DNA from: Rotaria sp.
Taxonomy: Eukaryota
Assembly: GCA_905330235.1 (NCBI GenBank)
Contig: CAJNUA010000046.1
Location: forward strand, 386,707 to 431,596
Reading direction: 5' to 3'
DNA length: 44,890 nucleotides
How positions within the stretch are numbered: position 1 is the first letter of the stretch; every line of letters begins with the position of its first letter. This document shows, one piece after another, positions 25,788-34,255 of this stretch. The position numbers and the translations under genes are program-made. The notes under the pieces were generated by a model. That model worked only from the letters and a program-made list of their open reading frames with translations. It was not told where the DNA came from and did no database searches.

Positions 25788-28700
25788 CTAAAGAGATTAT
25801 TAGACAAACGATTGAGCAACATAAATATGAGGAATATATCTACTTGATTGTCAGGTCCACTAGTGGCAATAGCTTGAATTGTTTGAGATCCTATAGCAGC
25901 CACATGCTCCTTGAATTCTTCGATTTCAATATTAGTAATTCGTTTCGTTTTTTCAATTTCAAGTTCAGATGTTAATTTATCATGTGCCAATTCGAGTTCA
26001 CGTGTTTGCATCAAGCGATCGAGTTCAGTATCAGATTTAATCTTCCCTGCTTCAGCTCGAAGAGTAGCTATTAGAAAAGATCTCGGTCTTCGACTAAAGA
26101 TTTACAAAAACCAATTTCGAACATACCTTGTTCGACAGCTGCGTCTCCCTCGATTATCGCTGCTTCTGCACGCGACTTAGCTTCAGCATGCGATTGGCCA
26201 ACCAATTCTACAGCTGCCGAACGTGCTTGAAGCACCAACAGCTCCTGACGTTCCTTTTCGGCTAGAAAAATTAAGATTACATATATAGTCTATAGAATAA
26301 TATAGGTTAATGGGTAAAGCTCGAAATCAAATGGTAGACGTGGAGTCATGATATTGGAAATTGATGGTCTACAAAGTGTGACAATCTCAGATACAATTTA
26401 CGTCGAATGATTGATATTATTTTATTAGAGTGCGGAAGAATTATGTAAGCTTTATAGATAGGTTCTGAAAGCGACCATATTGATACTTTTAGATGAACAG
26501 AATAAAAATGAAATTTTGTCTTATCTTTTCAAGTTAACATGTAAACAAAGTCGAAACACTATGCTAATCTCTAATACATATACACAAGAGTGCAAAACAA
26601 TAATAATCGTCTACCTTCAGCTTCATCGGTGATCCTTTGTCGTTCCAGATAACCTTTGGCTTCTTGTTGAATTCGTGAAGCCATATGCCTATTAAAAAAA
26701 AACATGAAAATAGTCGTTTTTTTTCTATCTCATCATTTCTTTTACTTGGCTTGAGCTTCTTGTGAGTTAGTCGTTATCTAAAGTAGAATTTTGACAAAGT
26801 CAGATAAATATTTATCGAAAGAGAATTTAATTACTTCAATAGCTAGTTGAACGCTCTTCTGAAGAGCATCTTGTGTTCTTTGATCGACCGGTTTAACGCT
26901 TTGAATATCGATTGAAGTGAGAACAAGATTATTTTGTGTGAAGACAAGTCGATTATTAATTCGCTTGTTTTCATCAATACCAAAAACGGACGTACGGATA
27001 ATTTTGGCCGAATTTTTATGAAAATCGTCAAATGAAATACCAGCAACAGCACCACGAATTTTTGCTGCGACAGTCTTGCAAAAGTCTCCAACAAAATCAG
27101 GTACTGAAAAGAGTTTAGCTACATCTTTGCTATCATTCTTATCGGCAACCTAGAAATAGAAGGCACACTCTTTCTGTTGCTGATTAAAAAATACGATTTC
27201 TCACTTCGAAATACCAACTATAGGACAACTGGAGTGAGAGTCGAGCATGGTCACTCGATTCAATGGTTACGACATCAGTTGAAAACTCCGGTCCAAGCAA
27301 AAGGCACATAGCACGGATTCTGTTTGGAACCTTCGGCTTATCACCGGATAGGTTAAGAATTGTAAATTGCTCATCAGGACCAAGCATAACAAGTTCAGGC
27401 CCGAAAATGATACGAGCGTTTTTAGATTTATAATCATAAATTTGTACACATGCATTATGTGGTACACGATAAGTGATTACTTTTGATTTGTCTCGAGGTG
27501 GAAGCACAGCGATTACTGCTGATTGGTTTTTAAAGTGGCGAACATCAAGTGCAAGTAATTGTTCGACTTCAGTTGGTAATTCTTTTTCCCAGAGTTCTTC
27601 ATTTTCGGTAAGTAGATAGGTACTACCGATAATTGAACGAATTTTGCCCATCTTGACATTACGTACATATATACCTTCGTTTACATCCAATGGAATAGAT
27701 TTTCGTCGATTTACAACCTCAACTTCGATAGCCGGAATATAATCTCTAGGACCTCGAATCATCCAAAGATCACCTGGATTGTGTATTACATTCTCAAAAG
27801 TTAAGAAATAATTTTCAAAGAAAATAAAAAAATTCTACTAACTTTCTCTTCGCTAAATGCTTCGATACATCGAAGAATAAGACCTTCGTCTTCTTCAAGT
27901 ACATACACATCCTGAATACCGTTGGCAAACTTCTCACCTGGCTGCAGAAAAAAGATCGCTTCACCCTAGTCGAAAACGCCCTCATTAGTGGAATAACATT
28001 AATAATAGTAACAGCCATACTTTAACAAGTTTTTTCTTTCCTAGCTGAGGTTTACCGTTTGAGCCGACTGGATCAATAATGATACAATATTGGAGAGAAT
28101 GAAGTACGGTAACCGGAACAATATCAACCACCTATTAATTATTTTTTAAGTGTTTTAAGTGATAGTAGACAAAGAAGAAGAAAAAACCTCTTCATAAACA
28201 TCGGGTATATATGTTTCAGCATCGTTAGCATATACCAACCATTCTTCACCATGAAGACGTTTACGTTTGAATATATCAACAAATGTTCGTAAAGCACGAA
28301 TGTGAAGAGCTTTCTAAACATGCAGTTATAATGAATAACAACAAATAGTATTTATTTCGTTGGCTCATACTTTGTCGGTTAACACGTAGGCCTTGACAAT
28401 CGAAACAACTTCTTCGTAAGCCGATGGTAAATAAGAACCAACCATTTGAATGAGCCATTCTTCACCTGCTTCACGCTCAATACCGTTTCTGTCAATCATT
28501 TTCTTTTTAGCACGCAGACGAATCGCTTCATTCGGTTTCAAAATATTAGCTTGAATTTCCCTATCAACATGAACTTCTTTGCGTGGGAAATAGGTTCCTA
28601 AAAAAATGAATATGAAAATCAATAACGAAATCTTATTGAGTCTGTTTTATATGTCAGCGTTGCAGTAGTGCATCATTTTCAATTTCTGAACTAACAGTAT

Positions 28701-29259
28701 CGTATCGAACCTGGTCCCTCAAAGAGAAATTCTTCACCAGCGTGAACTTCTTGGCCATTGTCATCAACAAAATCAAGTACAGCACGTAGACGAAGAGCTC
28801 TATTGGGCTCGACTACTTGAAGTGGGCTGACAGCTTTTCTGAGTACTTCACCAGGATAGAGCGGAAATGGATCTTGAGAAAATCGAATTTCAATATCCGA
28901 ATGAAACAATTTGACTTGACCATTCGCATCAATAACAATTTCACTGTCATTGCCGCGTACAACTGGGTTTTCAATAACACAATAGTGACGAGGGCTGTAA
29001 AAATCAAAATGAAACAATCAATAGAATTATAAAGACTACATACGGAATAATTAACATGCGTTCTGGTCCAATTAGAACTTTTTCATGATCTTGTTTAACA
29101 AATGTCTGTGGGCCAACTTCAAGATGAGTAACGTTTGTATTTTGATCGAGTACATGGACATAGTAGAATGGTAGAATTCGGTAAACTAAATAGAAATATC
29201 ATCATAAATACTATTGCGGAGACGAAATACTCACCACCAGTAACTTCCGAACAGGCCAT
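25644..29259 (-). CDS. MVP: Major vault protein paralog 2, gene span (14 coding exons, ~849 aa), convergent with MVP-1
   Basis: Minus-strand translation reads MACSEVTG|[32 protein letters not shown]..., LSYSWYFE|[37 protein letters not shown]..., and ...[33 protein letters not shown]...*. Total coding length is 2550 nt with consistent phases. Confidence 0.85.
25844..26067 (-). CDS. MVP: MVP-2 exon 13
   Basis: [75 protein letters not shown]; donor gtagat. Confidence 0.85.
26127..26261 (-). CDS. MVP: MVP-2 exon 12
   Basis: [45 protein letters not shown] + g; donor gtatgt. Confidence 0.8.
26615..26688 (-). CDS. MVP: MVP-2 exon 11
   Basis: (K)[24 protein letters not shown] + g; acceptor ttaatag; donor gtagac. 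Confidence 0.7.
26746..26777 (-). CDS. MVP: MVP-2 exon 10 (32-nt micro-exon)
   Basis: [10 protein letters not shown] + aa; acceptor ctttag; donor gtaaaa; needed to keep frame between exons 9 and 11. Confidence 0.65.
26835..27149 (-). CDS. MVP: MVP-2 exon 9
   Basis: [57 protein letters not shown]...QKSVQLAIE; donor gtaatt. Confidence 0.9.
27205..27792 (-). CDS. MVP: MVP-2 exon 8 (588 nt)
   Basis: [27 protein letters not shown]...[36 protein letters not shown]...[15 protein letters not shown]; donor gtgaga. Confidence 0.85.
27843..27965 (-). CDS. MVP: MVP-2 exon 7
   Basis: [41 protein letters not shown]; donor gttagt. Confidence 0.8.
28021..28131 (-). CDS. MVP: MVP-2 exon 6
   Basis: [37 protein letters not shown]; donor gtatgg. 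Confidence 0.8.
28188..28313 (-). CDS. MVP: MVP-2 exon 5
   Basis: [42 protein letters not shown]; non-consensus donor gag|gttttt. Confidence 0.7.
28371..28597 (-). CDS. MVP: MVP-2 exon 4
   Basis: [75 protein letters not shown]; donor gtatga. Confidence 0.85.
28711..28994 (-). CDS. MVP: MVP-2 exon 3
   Basis: [95 protein letters not shown]. Confidence 0.85.
29044..29185 (-). CDS. MVP: MVP-2 exon 2
   Basis: Acceptor ctatttag; (V)[47 protein letters not shown]; donor gtatgt; phase 2 (shared with the MVP-1 intron 1 position). Confidence 0.8.
29235..29259 (-). CDS. MVP: MVP-2 exon 1 (ATG 29257-29259)
   Basis: MACSEVTG + g; donor gtgagt. Confidence 0.65.
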
Positions 29260-29379
29260 AATAGTGACTGCTTTCTCTGAAATTATTATTAATCTACAGG
29301 AAGAAATACATCCGTAAACGTATTCGCATAGGCAGAATAGATTTCATGTTTGTGCAAGAGCTGGCCAACAAAAACTGAG

Positions 29380-29940
29380 GTAATACGCATGCTACTCGCC
29401 TGATAGATGTTTCCGCGACAGTTGCTCTTCGGACACTTACTCCTTGAACAGTTACTCTTGCGACATTTACTTCCATGAATAGTAGCTCTTTAGAAACACT
29501 TGCTTCCCAACGATATTTAACAGAACCATTACTGATTACAAGAACAAATATAAATGAGTATAAGTGTGGATGGAATACAGGATATGGGTGGGATATGGGC
29601 CTTAGTGTAGGTGTGGGTATGAATTTAGAGAAAATCCACACCCACACCCATCCACCACGCCCAATCTTACACCGATTTATAACTATTTTACCTTTCTCTT
29701 AGCTTATAATAATCTATAATTATTCAAAAGTTATTTGAGAATTTTTAATGCGTCGCTCACGGTTGCAGTACAACTGTCTGGGAGTAAGTGTCGCGTTAGC
29801 AACTGTTCAGAGTCACAATGCCGTTGGAGAGCAACCGCTACTATGCAGCAAGTATTGCGAGAGCAACTCTTCTGGAAACAAGTGTCCCTGGAGAGCAAGC
29901 GCTTGGGGAACAACTGTTATAGGAACATCTGCCAGGAAAG
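29380..29940. repeat. Composite palindromic repeat: 3 tandem ~31-bp units (acagttgctcttcggacacttactccttga...) - (TGGGTG/CACCCA)n core 29566-29670 - inverted copies of the same ~31-bp unit (ggagagcaaccgctactatgcagcaagtattgcgagagcaactc...)
   Basis: The motif gcgacagttgctc on the left and its reverse complement gagcaactgt... on the right flank a GT/CA-rich core; the structure lies 120-680 bp upstream of the MVP-2 ATG (29259, minus strand). Confidence 0.65.
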
Positions 29941-32900
29941 CATTCGCCATTAAGCAAAAACAAACGTTTTGAACTGCTTACGAACTGACAAAAAGAGTGG
30001 TTTTACTCTCATCATATTTCAAAGCTTTGGAAAGAACTGAAGAACAATAAAAAGCAAGTGGTTATGCGAGAAAGATAAGAGCACCATGAGACGATTATTA
30101 CATTCACTTTTTCATACACTGCGAACTTGTCCATGAAACGCGCCAATTATGATTAATACAAACTGCATTGCAAATATTCGTGCAACATGCTGTGGGTTAA
30201 AAAATTTACCTCCCAATTTTTGTTGGAAAGAAGTAACAAAAGTAAGAAGCGTATGAGTCAGCGATGGGTTTTTTTCTTTCCATATTTGTTTTTCATGTTC
30301 GTTTGAAGTAAGAATTCAAAGGACTGTCGAGACCAATTTTTTACCATTTCATAATCACGAACAACACACGTGATTATTTGAGGAGATGAAAAGTTCAGAA
30401 AGCTTTTGAAATATTTTTTTATACGCATCTTTAGAAAAGCACTTTGTAGCTTAGTAAAAGTTCATAGAATTTTTACTTCAAGTCAATTTATCGAATCGAC
30501 TAGTATATTGGATAAGAGACCGAAAGCGGCTTTTTTTCTATTGTTTGCTTTGGGTGCTAAGTTTCACGCAGGCATGTAACAAAGCTACTACGTCGAGATG
30601 ACGCTACCATGAAAATCAGTAGAAAGCAATAAATCGACATCCAATCAAAATATCCTTCATATCTTACTTCTCAAAATCTAATTTTTATCTTAAGATCGAT
30701 AAATTATACGTTTTTTTTTCTCGCTTATTGAAGAAAACGAGCAAAATATCTAGACGAAACACTGAAATCGTTGTTCCTAATCTGATTATCATTCTAGCTG
30801 GAAAAGAAAACTCATCTAGGAAAAAGCGGAAGAAATTCATTTTACTACGTACATCACATGTGCTACATTGCCACTGATTGAGCAGAAAAATCTGAGACAT
30901 CTACTAGTAGTTCTAGTTATCGAGTCTGACCAGAGATTCATCTTTCCAAATCTCTAGAAACTTGAAACAAAGCTATAAAGTTCTATACTCCAATGTTAGA
31001 AGCTCATTTGTCTTGCTGCCCAGCTTTTTGTCGAAGCATCAAACGCAAATAATTGAATTCAAAAGCTTTCTAGGCTTTCTTTCAGGGAACGATCTACTGA
31101 TATGAAAATTTTTGAAAACTAGAAAAGATTCTTGAGGATTCTTGTACAAAAGTTATGCGAATTCTTTGCTGCTCTAATGTACTCTGATATTAGAACATGA
31201 CACACAACATTCGATGAAGAAAGCTATAAGCTATTGATTGACCAAGTTTTTCTTTATACGGCAACCGATTGTTTGCGATAAAAAATCGCGCATATTACGA
31301 ACAACCCACCAAATCCAATAGTAAAGCTTTATGCATCTCTTTTTACTCATCTTTATTCTTTTATCAACATATAATATATATTTATATATCAATCGATGCG
31401 GAGCCATATAGGCTATTGCATTGTAGCGGTTACTGTTTCTAGATAGGCGATCGGCTACGCTGAGAAATCTCAAAGCGTGCAAATGCCCTAGATAGTCATT
31501 TAGTGTAGCTTAGTCCAAGGTGTGTTGTCCTCATTCAGCCATTTGCTGGACGATAAAATATATATCAATCAATACAAAATCCAGTGAACCTTTGATTGGA
31601 TCGGCTCACGCCTTGTATCAAGTATTTTGACACAAGCCCTAATTAAATTAGAAAACTGTAATACGAGATGTTCAACATTTTTTGAGAATCTCAAATTTTT
31701 CACCACAATTGATCCTTTTCAAGAAACCAGTCTTCTTCATAGAGAATCCAGAAGTTTGATCATTTGTTTCTTGGTATTTCAAGTTCCAGTAAACGAATGC
31801 ATGAGAATAGCAAAGGATGTACACGGCTGTCATATAGAAGTTTTAAAAGATCTTTGCCAGTTTCAAGCAGATTTTATATACAGGCAGATTCTTTGCTGAG
31901 AAAACAACCTGTTTATTGAGTATCGCAGAAGGTTTTCCATCAAATACATATTGTATGCCTCAATAGAGGACTAGACAACAACAGGAATAGATCTGGCATT
32001 CAATAGTATAGAATCTTAACAGGCCTTTGCTGATTTTTAGAAATTTCTCACATGGGAACATGCTTGCTAGAGAGACTTACGGGCGTAAATAATATTTGAA
32101 TTGTTACTGAATCGAATGATATTATGTATGCATCAAATTCTCTGACGGAATCCGATAATTCTTTATGGTTTTCAGCGATCCGTTTTTGGTAGTTGGATTC
32201 CAGTTTTGTTTGAGCATCGAAATCTCAATGGGGTCCAGTGATTAGGTCATACTAAAATCGATTGATTGCTGCTATCACTTGAGAAATAACTTCAACAAAG
32301 ATGAATTGAAAAGCCTCACAAAGTTCATTGTGTTGTTCAATGATACTCTCTCTGAAGACAAGATAAAACATAATGGGCTCTCTATTAAATCTCTTTGGTT
32401 CATTCGTTTTATCAATTGCTCAATTTAAGTATGACGATGTCAGAAAGAACAACTTTTCACACCAATATCTTCTAATTATATTCAGATGAAACCTTATGCA
32501 GTAGAATTCTTCATTGTCTACACGTGTGATTAATTAGTTTCTTTTGAAACATGAACATCATAAGTTGGCTGAGTTTCTTCTGATTACTGCCTGCAATCGG
32601 TTATTTAGTTGAGCGTATCATTTTCATGAAGCTCTACAGTACTTTCAGTGGAACACACGATCGATTTTATAATCACTGGCACGGCAAACTCTCCAATAAT
32701 GATCAACCTAACAAGTTCTTCAATTCATAGAAATCGTTACACGAATATTTTCATTTTCAACCAAAGATCTCCATGGAATGTTGAAAACTATCGATTTCCA
32801 AACATCGGCGCAATGCACTCGCCCACATAGGCTGTAGATGTACTGAGTTGGTCGAGTAAATGCTTCAGTTAGTGGGCCTCAACACTTTCAACCTCAAATT

Positions 32901-34150
32901 AATATTGTCGGCCTAAGTCAATCGATAAATTTGATGACATTCGACATAATGAAGGCTTGGAGACTGACGATCGAAAAATCCAATCTCTAAAGTTCCTAAT
33001 CACTAGTAAAAAGAATTTGTTTTTTTTTCATCTAACATTATTTTTTTTTAGGCCAATCGATCGTTCATCACCATCAGCATGGCGAATTTTCCAATATAAA
33101 CTACTGGTACTATGAATCAGCCAATACAGACAATCATCTCATATCGACTGAAATAAGGTCAGCAGACGAACTATATAGCCGTGCTACTTGGTGCGTCTGC
33201 TGTGTGTATCGGTTTGTCTTCGGTGCTCCAAACTATAGCGAAGCACGAATGAAGTACCGTTCTTTATTCGAATTTCACTGTAATTTGCTGCACTTGTACT
33301 TTTGAGCACTAAAGTGTAAATTTTTCCCCTTGGATCGTTCCATTGGTCTTTAGCAGAGTAAAGGAGCGTAGGGTAGAGTTAGAGTACGTAGAAACGGACG
33401 CATATGAGGACGTGGCATAAACGGGAACTATCAACTAAGCAGACGAGTGTACCACGGTCATCTGTTGATGAATATATTGAAAAAAACCGGACCTTCAAAT
33501 CGGAGCTAGCAGAATTCAGAGTGGGAATATACTACTGAGATCCGTTTTCGTTCTTCTTCCTTCAGAAAAACTTTCGTTGGGTTATTTATTTGCATTATAT
33601 CATGACTATTTCTTTGTCATGACAAAGACAATGCTTTTCTCATAGCATTCGCAAATAAAGACGATGACAGTATTTTCCCCTATTATCGAATTCAAATCTT
33701 TGAAAGCAAAAAAAATGATTGCTACCGCTTTCTTTGACATTTATGAAGGCTTATTGATTCAATAACTCAAAAAATGCACTGTTCTTTTATCATACAAACA
33801 AATAACTCAAAAAAGTTGGCGTAAATTCGCATCACAATTTGTAAATCAATCAATTTTCATCCGTATCTTTCTCTATGCATGGTCATTTTTCTCAATATTT
33901 TTTATAGAAAGATTCTGTCGATCCTTGGACATTTTGACTACTCATTAACTATGAGCTAAATTCGTCATCTTACAAAGTACTCTAGTATCCTATTTTATCC
34001 GCAAATGACTTGAAACATCATAGCACACCCGAAAGCAAAATAGTATAGCATAGTTGTATTCTTAATTGGAAAAACTATAATATTGACACACTCAATATCG
34101 ATTAATAGCTGAAAGATTTTTTCAAACACCTCAACAAGACTGTTGTCAGA

Positions 34151-34255
34151 TCACTCTTTTGCTTTCAGTTCATAATTTCTTCTGAGTAAAGTCTCCACTA
34201 TTTCAATTACATCGCCTCCGACTTCATTAAGATGAAGGTCTATCATGATTAGTGT
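34151..34255 (-). CDS. LRR exon 22 (terminal) TLIMIDLHLNEVGGDVIEIVETLLRRNYELKAKE*
   Basis: Stop TGA at 34151-34153. Confidence 0.8.
   Translation of the reverse strand, partial: TLIMIDLHLNEVGGDVIEIVETLLRRNYELKAKE

Noticed and set aside
33160-33480. A locally GC-richer segment with short stems (gtcagcagacg ... cgtctgctg) might be a small ncRNA (snRNA or SL RNA).
   Set aside because: It does not match any snRNA, 5S or spliced-leader sequence I can recall, and has no Sm-site or pol III terminator context that I could recognise. It is left uncalled.
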